A DNA stretch of 64,000 nucleotides from Mantamonas sphyraenae STR306 (taxonomy: Eukaryota; Protista; CRuMs), in contig JAPMXV010000025.1 of assembly GCA_026936335.1 (NCBI GenBank), positions 186,001 to 250,000 on the forward strand, in the 5' to 3' direction. Of this stretch, positions 38,416 to 49,996 are shown piece after piece. Position numbers and translations under genes: made by a program. The notes beneath the pieces are model-generated. The model ran no database searches, was not told the origin of the DNA, and saw nothing but the letters and a program-made list of their open reading frames with translations. Position 1 is the first letter of the stretch, and the number at the start of each line of letters is the position of its first letter.

Positions 38416-41264
38416 CTAACCGTTGGCGACAAAACTCTGGCTGACCATGTCTTTGTCCTGCTCCTCTTCCTCATCCTCAATCCGCTTGTGTCGCTTCAGT
38501 GCAGCCGTCACCGACTTGACCAGCTCCTCGCCGTCTTCCAACAACAGCACACGCGCCTTCTTCTCCGTGCGGTACTTCATCAACACAACCTCCTGGCCGT
38601 CCTCGGCATACGCAATCGCCTCGTCGTCCACGGTGGCCATGCGCACGTACTCGATGCCACTCAGGCTGATCTCGTTGTGCACCGATGAGTCTTTCAGGTT
38701 CAACAGCGAATCTGTGGTCAGCATCAGTGTGCGTGCCTGCCGGCGCCCGGCGTTGTTCACCTTGATCACCTGAAACGTCTGCCGCAGCTTGTTCACACCA
38801 GCATGGAAAGCCATCTCAAACATTTCCCGCACCACTGCATCGCGTGTGTCTGCGTCCGCAAACAGATAGGTGCGCATTTCCATGTCTTCCTCCTTGCTGC
38901 GGCCCTTGAACAAGCCCTTGCTGCGCACCAATTTGTCCACATCGAATTTCAGCTGCAGCTTGGGAGAGCCCAGATACGACCAAACCTCACGCACGTCGCT
39001 CAACATGCGCTCGTTCTTGATCGAATTGCCCTTGGCGTCCAGATTCAGCAGCGAGTTTGTGGTGAACTTGATTTTGCGTGTCTGGTGCTTGCCCCGCGCA
39101 TTGATCTTGGTCACTGTGTACGATGCACATGTCACATCCACATGTTCGCTTGGCAGACTGATGTCCTTGGGTGCAATCCACCGCTGCAGGTCCTCCACCT
39201 CGTGGATCTCGTGCACCTTTTTCAGCAGCTTCTTGGACGTAAACGGACGCATCAGCGTCAGGAAGCCACGCGCCAACGAGCCAGGGCGCACAATAAACAC
39301 GTTTTCCACACACTTGCGCTGCTCGCGTGTAAAATTGGCCAGCAAACCCTCCACCTTGCGCAGAATCAGACGTTTGGTTTCCCGGTCAAACAGGATCCAG
39401 CTGAGGTCAACCATCAGCGAGTAGCCTGTGTTGAGGGCATCTCCCATAACTTGGATCACGTGCGCCACCAGCGCATCCATGTCCGCCAGGTGCTCCTTGC
39501 GCAAGTTGGCCATGATCATGTAAAACACAGGCCGCTTCTTCACCGTGTTGCCTCCCTGGTAGAACAGGGAATCCAGGCTCACCGATGAGGAGGAAGAAGA
39601 GGAGGTGGAAGATGACGAGGAGGATGAGGACGTGGACGAGGAGAACGAGGACGACGCGCTGCTCCCTGGCCCTTGCTTGTTCTTGTCCTTGCTCAGAGGC
39701 GGCGGAGGACCCATGGTACGCAACAAGCGAGTGAACTGTTCGGCCACATTGCGGAACATGACCGAGGTGGGTCTGCGCAGCAGGGGCGTGTCGATGCCAA
39801 ATTCGTCGTCGCCCTCGCCACCGTCGCCGCTGCCACTGCTGGCCTTCATCTGCTCGTTATAGCTGCCGGTCCAGGAGAGACCGTGTGCAGCGAGGAGCTC
39901 GGAGCGTTCGAGGGCGTCCTTGATGCGTGTGATGCGAATGTCCTCGAAATCGGTGAGGTACTTGACAATGCTGTCGTGGTGTACGTACAGAGCGTGGTGG
40001 ATACGCACCAGCGAATGCATCTGCAGGTTGCCAAGGTCGAACGAGGTTTGCACAGTGTCGTTGAGAAAGAGGTCGCTCCAGCTTGTGCTTGCCTCGTCGG
40101 CCAACGGATCCGTAGCCACCTCGGTGAGGTACGCCTGCATGCGCTCCATGTTGGAGGCAATGACGTCGTTCATGCAGCACATGTACTCCTCCTTCTTACC
40201 AAACTCCACACCGTTGCTCAGGTTCTGCAGCACCTTGGTGACCAGCACCAGGTTGCGACGCATGGCGCGTGAGACAATCACGTCGTCGTCCACCACCCCG
40301 TACCCTTCCGGATTGATGATGGCCGGGTTAAACCACCGCAGAAAGAGGAAGCCTCCAGCAAGCGACTGCAGTTCGCCCGGACAGTAGAACTGGGCAAACT
40401 CAAAGATGGTGCCCGCAAGCGAGCGGATCTCCCGTGGCATGGCTGCAATCATGTCTTTGTCAAAGATGCGATTGAGCAAGTCTGCCACCACGTTGCTCAA
40501 CGCCACCTGGTTTTCCTCAAGGCTGTCCTCATCCGTCAGTTTGCGCTCGTCGATTTCAAGCGTGAGTTCAGGTTGCTCCAGCAGCAATTCGTGCAGCGGC
40601 CCCACCAGCTGTCGCAAGTACTCTGTGCCGTGTTTGCCTGTACAGTGTGCGGGAGGGAAGAGGCATGGGGCGTGGGTATGGCGGACGCCGTGCGACAATG
40701 TGGCAATGGATGTGTGAGCGCGTGTTGAAAAGAGGACGATGGGCCAAAGGAAGAAGAGAGGGGCAAGGTGCGCTCGCACGAGGGCTATGCGGCAGCGGAA
40801 GGAGGGGATAGGCAGCAGCGAGACAGTGTGTGTGTTGCGTATGTGTGTGTGTGTGGCCATGTTCGGGCTACGTACGCGAGTAGAGTGTCTGTAGCTTGCT
40901 GGCCATGCAGTTGCCGCGGAGAATGGTTTCCGGGGCCGACTTGCCCTTTTCAAATTCTGTGGCAAACCATGTGGGGACATGTGGGTGTGAGCACACCAAG
41001 AAACAACCCAGGGGGGTGCATGTGGTGGGATTCCCACGTACCTTCGTAAATGGTGAAGCGCATAAACGGCATGAGGGTGTCTGTTTCGGAAAACACCTCG
41101 TAGAGTGCAGCGACGAGCGGATCGAGATTGGACGAATCCATGCTGACCGTCAATGCGTCCAGCATACGAAAGTTGGTGGCCAACGACTTGACCAGGTGCT
41201 CGTAGCGAGCCGCACACCGCAGTAGGGCATCAGAGTTCCACACAATCTTGTCCGAATCGGACAT
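38416..41264 (-). CDS. Neurofibromin-like RasGAP with CRAL-TRIO/Sec14-like domain and two PH-like repeats (3 exons)
   Basis: Exon 1 MSDSDK...FTIYE|GTACGT; exon 2 with arginine finger ETILRGN; FLRWFNPAI and KVLQNLSNG; Sec14-like FYQGG...RPVFY...YSLMVDLS...VFIVRP. Confidence 0.85.
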
Positions 41265-41435
41265 GTTGGGCGGGTAGCGTACGCGGGTGGTTGGAAACCG
41301 GGGGAAAGAAAGTGTGGGTGTGGCAGTGGCAATCCTCACAAAGGTGGGAAACATGGAAGAATGGAAGTTGGTGGATGGTTCCAAAGGGAGGGAGGTGGGT
41401 AAGGAGAGACACGGATGCGCGTGGGCGGCCAGAAG

Positions 41436-44317
41436 ATGTCGACGTCGACACCAAAGGCGAGTGCCATGAGTGCGCAGCTGCGTCGGATAGCCCAGAGGCA
41501 ACGCAGTGGCCATTTCAACGAGAGCACACGGCGAGGAAGGGCATCGACGACGACAACAAACAACAACAACAGCAGCAGCAGCGGCGGTGGCGGCGTGGTG
41601 GGCATCAGTTTGGGCAACCAACGTCAACGCAATCTACTGGCGCACATACGGGAGCACAACACGCAGCAGCAGCAGCACGGACACGGAGCCGGGGATAGGC
41701 ACCGTAAAACGGCAGGGGCGGGTTCACGAGGGAGGAGTGCACGGAGGAGGCGAGAGGAGAGCAGCGGAAGCAGGAGGCAAGGTGGTCACCACTTGGGCCA
41801 CAACGTGAGCTTCGATGCAAACGTGTCGCAGATAGCCAAGGCGGTGGAAACGTCGCTGGACAACATCCAGGACGAATTGACAATGAGTGGGTCACCGAGT
41901 GCACCCCCTCCGCCCTCGTTGGAAAGTGTACAGGCGGTGGTGGCCGAGTTGGAAGACGAGAACTTTTCGCTTCGCGTGCAGGTTGCCAAGCTGCAGGCCT
42001 TGGTGCGCAAGGGTTCCGCAGATCAAACTCATGGCGAACTCACCGTGAACGATCTCAATGCATCGACGGCCACGCTGACCCAGCTGGCTCAGGGTGAGTG
42101 GACATGCATTCGACGCTACGGCGACGGATTTGCTCCTTTCAGACCGTTTTGTCCAGCGGGCTTTCGCTGGCTCTTCATCCCCACACGCATGGACACACTG
42201 ACACACTGACACGATGACACGATGACACACACACACACACACTACACACAGAGTCGCAACGTAGGGAGTTGGAGGCGATGCAGCGAAACTACAGCGAGCT
42301 GATGGACAAGGCGAGGGAGCAACAGAAGGAGAACGACGAGCTGCTGAAGGCGCTGCAAGAGACACGACAGGAGGCACACAACACATCGATGGCTTCGGAA
42401 CAGACACACAAAGAACAACAACAGCGGCTGAAGGCATTGGAGGCCAGCCACAGAGAAGTGGTGGACGAGCGAGACCAGCTCAAGTACGATGCGTTTTCCG
42501 CCCAGCAAAAGGTGACGCTGTTGGAAGCAGACCTGATGATGATGAAGCAGGAGGTGGAAGAGATGCGTGAACAGCGGGATGCCTTTGAATCACGTCTCAC
42601 AGCGGACATTCTGCGGTCGCAAGGAGTGCACGCAGACGAGGACAGCATTGCGGCACAGATTCGAACGCTGGAGGCAGAGCAGGCGGCCATCAACCAAAGC
42701 ATGCACGGCGGCGGAGGCGACGGACAATCATCGACAGGATCCAGGACACCACGAGGAGGAGGGGAAAGGGACGAGGATGCAAACAGTGTCACCTCCAAGG
42801 GATCACGACGCACGTCACGGTCAGCCATGTCAAACACATCACGACGCACAAGCACAGCTCCCGGAACCGGTGCCGGCGGAGGAGGAGGAGGAGGAGGAGG
42901 AGGAGGCAAGAAGAAGAAGAAGAAGCGAGGCAGCAGCAGACAGGACGGAGACGGGGCGTCTGTGGCCAGCTCCACTGTGAGTGACGAGCAGCACGACGAC
43001 TTGGACGATTCAGACGACGAAGCTGAGGATCTGGACGACGTGGAATCCATTGCCACGCTGAGCACAGAGGCGTTGAAGCGACGTCTTCGACGCGAGGATG
43101 CAAAGGGGGCCAAGGGCGAAGGCAAGACACGCAAGGAGGGTCTTGCGGGGGCGGGGCATGGGAAGAAAAAGGCAAAGGCAGGAGGTGGGGAGAAGGCAGA
43201 TGCAGCAGCAGGAGCAGCCAGCAGTGACGAGGAGGGGGGCACCGCAGCAAGGGGCAAGGGCAAAGGGTTGGCCGGCAAACCTCCACGTGGGCGAAGTGAC
43301 TCGACGGGAATGTCGCGCACCGAAGTGGCACGAAAGCTGCAGAGTATGATCGAGGAGGAGGCGAAGCACCTGAAGGAGTTGCAGCAGGTGCGCAAGGAGA
43401 AGGAGATGCTTGCGTCCAGGGTAAAGTCGCTGCAGACGCAGCTGGCACAGGCGGAAACGGCCATCAAATATTACAAAGAGAAGCTTGAGACAGCACTGAA
43501 GCATGGAGGAGGCGGAGGGGGCAAGGGGGCAGGAGCGGGCGATGATCACCACCACGGTCACCACCACCACAACAACACTGCAGACGATTTGGTGAACGCA
43601 TTGGACGACGCACGATCGCACTATGCGCCCAGCATTAGCGGACACACGGTGATGTCACGTGCGGTGGGTTCCAAACGCACCGGAGGAGGCGGCGGTGGTG
43701 GAAGCGGCGGAGGACGACGCGGATCAGTGTCTTCGTCGCGCCCACGCATGCTGAGTGGAGGCGTGATGAGTGTGCGACCGGAAGGGGTGGGACCAAGCGC
43801 AGGCAGCAGGGGTGGCTCACGACGCAACAGTAGCCGACGAGGCAGCACGGCAGGTGGGCATGGGCCGGAAGAGTCACGCATGGAACACAAAGAGGGGATG
43901 ATGGGCTCCATGCCCATGGAGGACGAGTATGGAGAGGAGGTGCCAGCCGAACTGAGCAACAATCCTTACGTGGTGCCTGCGTCACCGTACGTCACCATTC
44001 CACCTGCGCACCTTGCGGCGACGTACGCACAGATGATGCAATACCAGCAGCAACTGGAGCAGCAGAGCGTGGCAGGCGGCGACGAGGCACAGGTGCAGGT
44101 GCAGCAGTTGAATAGCATGGTCAGTGCCCTGCAGAGCAAACTGATGCAGCATCAGCAGCACGCTGTGCACCTCACAGGCATGGGGGTTGCCGGGTTGGCC
44201 TCCTCCATGTCTCCACAGGCCATTGTACACAACGCACTCTCAGACGTGGACATGAGCGGCAACAGCGACGGCGAAGGAATGCCATTGAACAGTCTGGCAG
44301 CCAGTTTGCTGCGGTGA
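41436..44317 (+). CDS. Uncharacterised coiled-coil/low-complexity protein (2 exons)
   Basis: ORFs 41415-42209 and 42269-44317 are joinable by an intron (GTGAGT at ~42094 to CACAG at ~42251). Heptad segments plus poly-G, poly-K and poly-H tracts; no family recognised. Confidence 0.65.
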
Positions 44318-44404
44318 GGGAGGAGAGCTGAGCAAGCGACGAAGGCGAACCCAAACAAAACCGGCACACACACACACATTCACACACACACATAGACACA
44401 CATA

Positions 44405-45994
44405 ATGACCACGGAAGTGCGGTACGCCTTTGTCGCTGAGTGGCATGACACAAACGCAGATCTTGTGCGCACGTACCAGCTGCTGTACTACCCCGCTGAC
44501 CAAAACGTTGAGATGGTGAGTTGGGTGTGCTTTTTCCTGCCTCTCCACACGGGTGACTGACCCAACTTGTGCTCCCGCACTCTGCCGCACACGTGTGTCT
44601 TCAGTACGATCTCAAGGCCAGGCGTACGTTTCTGAAGCGATGCGAGACGACGGTGGCGCCTGACGAGATCTTCCTCGGATCGGTGATTACCGTCTACTCG
44701 CGCCAGCTGCACCTGACAGAGTACGCCGACAAGTTCACGGCGACCCAGCTGGAGAAGAAGCGCGAACAGTAGGTTGGGGATGGGCGTACAAAGGCACACA
44801 CGTCCCTCCAGGCTCCCGAGAGAGGCGAAAAGCACAGCGACCTTGCCCGTTTTTTGGCGGGCGCAAAGGTCAACGGATGGGCCGCTGACACAATGGGCCG
44901 CTTGCACAGGACGCTGGGACTGATCAAGCCCAACGCATACATGAACATGGGCAAGATCATCCAGGCTGCCAACGACAAGGGTTTCCACATCGGCCAGATG
45001 AAGATGGTCAAGATGGAGCTGAACGACGCGGAAGAGTTGTATCAGGAGCACGCCGGCCGCGGCTTTTTCGGGTGAGTGCCATCGCCACAGTTGCACACAC
45101 ACGCACACACACATGCACAACGGCAGTACACGTGACTTTATACACGCACACCTTGCCGTGTGTGCATGCCATCCTCGCAAACAGGCAGGGCGACACCGAA
45201 TAGGAAAAGGAGCCGTTGGCACAGGATCACCACCCCCCCCACTCACACACACCCATCCCCCCACCCCCCTTTCCCCTCGCTTCCCTTGCGCACACAGTGA
45301 TCTCACTTCGTTCATGAGCGCCGACACGATTGTGGCCATGCAGCTTGTGCGAGAGAACGCAATCAAGACATGGCGCACGCTGATGGGCCCGACCAACACG
45401 GTGGAGGCTCAGAAGCAAGCGCCAAACAGTTTGCGTGCGCTGTACGGCGATCCGGAGGACGACAGCGCCAACGCCACGCACGGATCGGACAGCGTGGAGG
45501 CAGCACAACGTGAGCTGGACTTTTTCTTTGGCGACGCAAGCAAGGGCCGGTTTGGCACCACCGCCCGCCTGGAGAACTGCACGCTGTGTCTGATCAAGCC
45601 TCACGCTGTGTTGGCGGGACAGACGGGTGACATCATCGACGCCATCCTGGAGGACGGCTTTGAGATCAGCGCCCTCGAGCTCTTTGCGCTGGACAGGGTC
45701 AACGCAGAGGAGTTCCTCGAGGTGTACAAGGGCGTGGTGGCTGAGTATCCGGACATGGTGGAGGAGCTCACCTCGGGCCCCTTTGTCGCCTTGGAGATCT
45801 GTGCCCCCGAGGATGTTGTGGAAAACTTCCGCGCCCTCTGCGGCCCCATCGACTCGGAGATTGCACGCCTGCTGCGACCAAACACCCTCCGTGCACGCTT
45901 CGGCCAGGACAAGATCCGCAACGCCGTCCACTGCACCGACCTCGCCTCGGATGGCCTCCTCGAGTGTGAGTACTTTTTCAAGATCCTCCAATGA
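44405..45994 (+). CDS. NME7: Nucleoside diphosphate kinase 7: DM10 + two NDK domains (about 4 exons)
   Basis: RYAFVAEWHD...YYPADQNVEM|YDLKARRTFLKR (DM10); TLGLIKP...NATHGSD; TLCLIKPHA...NAVHCTD. Confidence 0.92.
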
Positions 45995-46063
45995 AAACTT
46001 CCAATCTCGTTTGCATTCATTCCTCTGAATCCATGAATCCATCCAAATGCTGCGTTGCTGCGT

Positions 46064-49000
46064 TCATTCGTCGCCGCGGAACATGGGCTCGAAAAGGTAC
46101 AGCTGGCCCGTGTTGCACACACAGGCGAGGCAGTTGCCATCTGCACTTACGGCGACGCCACGCACGATCTGATCCGTCTTCTTGCGGCCACACTGAGCGG
46201 TGATGGCATCCACTTTCAACGCCTTGCCCAGGCCGTTGCCCACAAACTTCAGCTGGAATGTGCGCGCCCGCTCACCGGCATTGATCGCCTCGACAAACGT
46301 GGCGTGCATGTGCAACACAGAATCCAGGTCGTACATCCACACAGTTCCCTGTGTGGAGCCGACAAACAGTTTGGCCGAGTCGGTGCCGCTCTCCAACACC
46401 GCCATGCCTGTCTGCGCCTCAAATTGCACCGATTCGGAAATGGCCGGTGCATCCAGTACCGCACGCATGTGTTGGTTCCTCAGGGCCGCCTCGCGCTTCT
46501 CGAGGGCTGCTCGTCTGCTCAGATCGTCCATGGTCAGCTCGTGGTCAAGGTTTGCATCCCACACAACCACTTCTTGGTCGTGCGTCGACTTGCTCACAAT
46601 GAGGTCGTTGTGCAGACAGCACATGGCGTCCATGGCATGCGTGTGCACCATGTTGATGTGTTGCGTGCGTATCACGTCCCCGGTCTCGTTGATGAGGCAC
46701 ACCACCGCCGATCCGTCGTCTCCCCCCACCACGTAGCCTCGCTGTTGGCGTAGGAAGCATACAGACGTGATTCCAAAGGCCATGATCGTGGTGTTGAGGC
46801 GCCGCGCTGTTGCGGTGGCGCTGTGGCGCTCCTCGGGCACGCCCACATCCCACAGCTGCGCGGTGCCGTCGCGAGCCACACTCAGCAGCCACGTGCTCTC
46901 GCGATCCTTGTCAAACGCCAGAGCCGTGATTTCCTTTTGCATTGTAATGACCTGTTCGTAGCACACGTTCTGTCGTGTGTTGATGAGATCGATGGTCCCC
47001 TGCTGCCCGGCCGCTGCCACCACGTCCACCAACGCCTCCTCCGCACCAATCTGAGTGTGCGCAAGCGCAGAATACACGTCGTTGGCCTCTTCGTGCCGCT
47101 TCACGTACTGCATCACTTCGCAGTCGTAGAACCCCAGTGCGCTTCCGCCTGCCATCACAAGCATCTTGCTGTCGCCCAAAAACAAGCAGTCCCTCATCGT
47201 GAGCAGGCCCTGGTCACCATCCTGCAGCAACAGGATTTTGGACTTGCGGTATCCGTACAGTTCGTCCATCTTGGCAACGGTGGCTGGCACAACGGGCTCC
47301 CATGAATCCACCTCTGCTTCCTGCTCCTCCACCTTGGCAACCGCCATGTGTGCACCCCCTTGCTCCGTTTCCATCTCATCCTCTTGCGCCTCATCGTCCT
47401 CCTCCTCGTCTTCCTCTTCGTCCTCATCTCCATCGTCCTTGTACTCGTCGTCGCTGTCTGGAATCGCTGCACGTTTGCGCCTCGGGCTTTGCGTCTTGGC
47501 CTTTCTCGGCGATGTCCTCCTACCTCGCGTTGCACGCTGTGTCTGTTCCTGTTCCCCTTGTTCGTCCTCTTCATCATTGTTATCCTCCACCACCAAGGCC
47601 CTCTTGCCCCTGCGTGGTGCCCTTCCCTTTGCTTTCTGTGTCTGCGCCTCATTCTCTTCGTCAGTCTCTTCCTCCTCCTGTTTCTCCACCTCCATGGCAG
47701 ATTGGACGGACCGTGCGCGCTGTGCGGCACGCGATGGTCGTTTTGCCGGCGACACGCTCGAGCTGCTGCTGCTTGTAGTGGCGGACATCGGGGCGGCTGC
47801 AGAGGGCACCGTGTACCTGCCACGTCGCTTCTGCTTGTACGTTGTGTCTGCTCGTTCGCGTGTCCACAGCCACGACACAAGGTACCTGGAAAGGTGCGGA
47901 TGTTCCTCCATCTCCGTAAGCAGCTCCACACCCTCCTCGCGACACTTTTTCAAAAATGCCTCTGCCGTCTCCTTGCGCACCTTCATCACCTCATCGTCCA
48001 CCGCGCCCTCCTCTTCCTCCTCTTCCTCCTCTTCCTCCTCACCGTCCGTTTCGTCATCCGAACCCACGTCCGACGACTCCTCGGCGTCCCAGTCATCCGA
48101 ATACTCCTCCTCCGAGTTGTCCGATTCTTCCTCCTCCGAGGGTGGCTCATACTCATCCTCGGAGCCACCCTGTGACGCAGATGCCACCGATCGTCGCCTA
48201 CCCTTGCCTCGCCTGGGGGAGCTCGAGCTGCTCCGGCTACTCGACGACGACGACGATGACGGTTTCTTGCCTCGCTTCTTGCTGCTGCTGCGCTTTGTCT
48301 TTCGCTTCTTACTGCCCTTGCGACCCTTGCGGCCCTTGCGCTTGCGCTTGCGAGCCCAATGGCCGGCGACGCCTGCACGGAAGCCGCGTGCATACATGGC
48401 TTCCAGGATCTGTTCCTGCTCCTTGTTGAGCTTCAACTCGGCGCCCAGGAAGTTCTTGCTGACCCAGGTGGTTTTGTACCGATTGCGATGGTTGCGAAAC
48501 CAGCGGCCGATGCGATCCGGCGTGATCCCTTCCATCAGCTTGTCCACTTCTTCCATCTCCTCGTAGATTTGCAGCCTCTGCTCTGCCGTGGGCGTGCCCA
48601 CGTGCTTGTCGTAGAACCATGCCATCATCACCTTGCGGTGTGCAGGCGAGTATCGAAACACAGCGGCGTCGTCTCGCGACGGTCCATACTCGTCCCACAG
48701 CTCGTCCGGCAGTGTTTTTCCATCGGGCCACACAGTGGTGCGTTGCATGATGCCATGTTTGATCACAAGGATCTTGCGCTGTGCCAGCTCGTCGTTGCTC
48801 TCGTCGCGGAAGAAACGCGCCATGCGCCGGTTGGAGAACCAGCGTTGGATGTTGGTCACGTCGGCTTCGCTGTCCTCCGGCAGGTCTTCCTTGATGCGCA
48901 ACAGCTGCTCAGCGTTGGGTCGTACCACCTCCAGTTCGTAGAAGTAGCGCTTCATGATGTCCACTTCCTCCGCGCTGAACACGTACCGCTTGCGCTTGTA

Positions 49001-49909
49001 TGCCTTGGGCTTGTCCAGGCCACGCTTGCGTTCGCGTGAAAACCATGCTTTCACCTGTTCGTACGTACTCTTGCTCCCAGCCTGCGCAAGCTCCGTGAGC
49101 ACCGGCTGCATTTTCGTGCGGATGTTGTCCTCCATACCCTTCTTGTAGAACCACTTGTTCATGATGTCCAGCTCGAAAGGTTCCCATCGGATGCGCCGGT
49201 CGTTGCTGGACACTGCCTTGCTCACCGCAGCCACACGTCCGGCTTCCAACGGCGTTCCGTCGGGTGTCACAGGAGTGGTTGCCGCCACAACGTCCTCCTC
49301 TTCAAGAAGCTCCTGTTGCTGACGCTGCAAGTCCTCCACCAGCCACTTGACCTTCCTCTTGAAGGTTCGCTTGCCCGTGAGGCCCAGTTCCTCCTCCAGA
49401 AGCTCGTTTACGCGCTTGCTGTCCATCTGCTCCTTTTCGTCCTTGATCCGCTGCCACACCTTGTCAGGCACCAGCTCCAACCACATGGCCAGGTGGTCGC
49501 AAAGAATCAATCCGGTCTGGTTCACGCGACGCTTGAGCACCTTGAGCTCAGAAAGACGCTGCAGCTGTCGTGCCGACGCCAGGAAGCGTTGACGTGTGAT
49601 CAGGCCCCTTCCGCACAGCTTGGTTTTCACGTCTTCCCACAGGTAATACTCCGCCTCGGGCTCTGCGCGTTTGTACAGCTCCTCCTCACCAAGGTCTCTG
49701 TCCACTGTACGCTTCTGTGGGATGGGTAGCAGCACACGCTGGATGCCCCACCAACTTTCCATGTCGCGGCAGCGGCTTACCCCCGTCTCGGACGGCTTCC
49801 GCGCCTCGTCGACGTCCTCTCTCTCTGGAGAGTGGTGCAACGTAAACTTGAGCTTGCGCCCTATGTCTGTAGTTGGGGTGGAGGGTGGTGGTGATGACGA
49901 TGATGACAT
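46064..49909 (-). CDS. Multi-homeodomain protein fused to an LRWD1/ORCA-like WD40 propeller
   Basis: Helix-3 motifs QVKAWFSRERKR, IQRWFSNRRMAR and IGRWFRNHRNRYK. C-terminal AGG...DC...AAAGQQG...LWDVGVP resembles the LRWD1/EED-class WD40. Confidence 0.75.
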   Translation of the reverse strand: MSSSSSPPPSTPTTDIGRKLKFTLHHSPEREDVDEARKPSETGVSRCRDMESWWGIQRVLLPIPQKRTVDRDLGEEELYKRAEPEAEYYLWEDVKTKLCGRGLITRQRFLASARQLQRLSELKVLKRRVNQTGLILCDHLAMWLELVPDKVWQRIKDEKEQMDSKRVNELLEEELGLTGKRTFKRKVKWLVEDLQRQQQELLEEEDVVAATTPVTPDGTPLEAGRVAAVSKAVSSNDRRIRWEPFELDIMNKWFYKKGMEDNIRTKMQPVLTELAQAGSKSTYEQVKAWFSRERKRGLDKPKAYKRKRYVFSAEEVDIMKRYFYELEVVRPNAEQLLRIKEDLPEDSEADVTNIQRWFSNRRMARFFRDESNDELAQRKILVIKHGIMQRTTVWPDGKTLPDELWDEYGPSRDDAAVFRYSPAHRKVMMAWFYDKHVGTPTAEQRLQIYEEMEEVDKLMEGITPDRIGRWFRNHRNRYKTTWVSKNFLGAELKLNKEQEQILEAMYARGFRAGVAGHWARKRKRKGRKGRKGSKKRKTKRSSSKKRGKKPSSSSSSSSRSSSSSPRRGKGRRRSVASASQGGSEDEYEPPSEEEESDNSEEEYSDDWDAEESSDVGSDDETDGEEEEEEEEEEEGAVDDEVMKVRKETAEAFLKKCREEGVELLTEMEEHPHLSRYLVSWLWTRERADTTYKQKRRGRYTVPSAAAPMSATTSSSSSSVSPAKRPSRAAQRARSVQSAMEVEKQEEEETDEENEAQTQKAKGRAPRRGKRALVVEDNNDEEDEQGEQEQTQRATRGRRTSPRKAKTQSPRRKRAAIPDSDDEYKDDGDEDEEEDEEEDDEAQEDEMETEQGGAHMAVAKVEEQEAEVDSWEPVVPATVAKMDELYGYRKSKILLLQDGDQGLLTMRDCLFLGDSKMLVMAGGSALGFYDCEVMQYVKRHEEANDVYSALAHTQIGAEEALVDVVAAAGQQGTIDLINTRQNVCYEQVITMQKEITALAFDKDRESTWLLSVARDGTAQLWDVGVPEERHSATATARRLNTTIMAFGITSVCFLRQQRGYVVGGDDGSAVVCLINETGDVIRTQHINMVHTHAMDAMCCLHNDLIVSKSTHDQEVVVWDANLDHELTMDDLSRRAALEKREAALRNQHMRAVLDAPAISESVQFEAQTGMAVLESGTDSAKLFVGSTQGTVWMYDLDSVLHMHATFVEAINAGERARTFQLKFVGNGLGKALKVDAITAQCGRKKTDQIVRGVAVSADGNCLACVCNTGQLYLFEPMFRGDE

Positions 49910-49996
49910 CGTGTTTGTGTGTGTGTGTGGGGGGAGGTGTTGGTTGCGCCGTCGCCCACGCCTGTATTTCGCCACGGTTGAATCCCTCTCGCGCAC

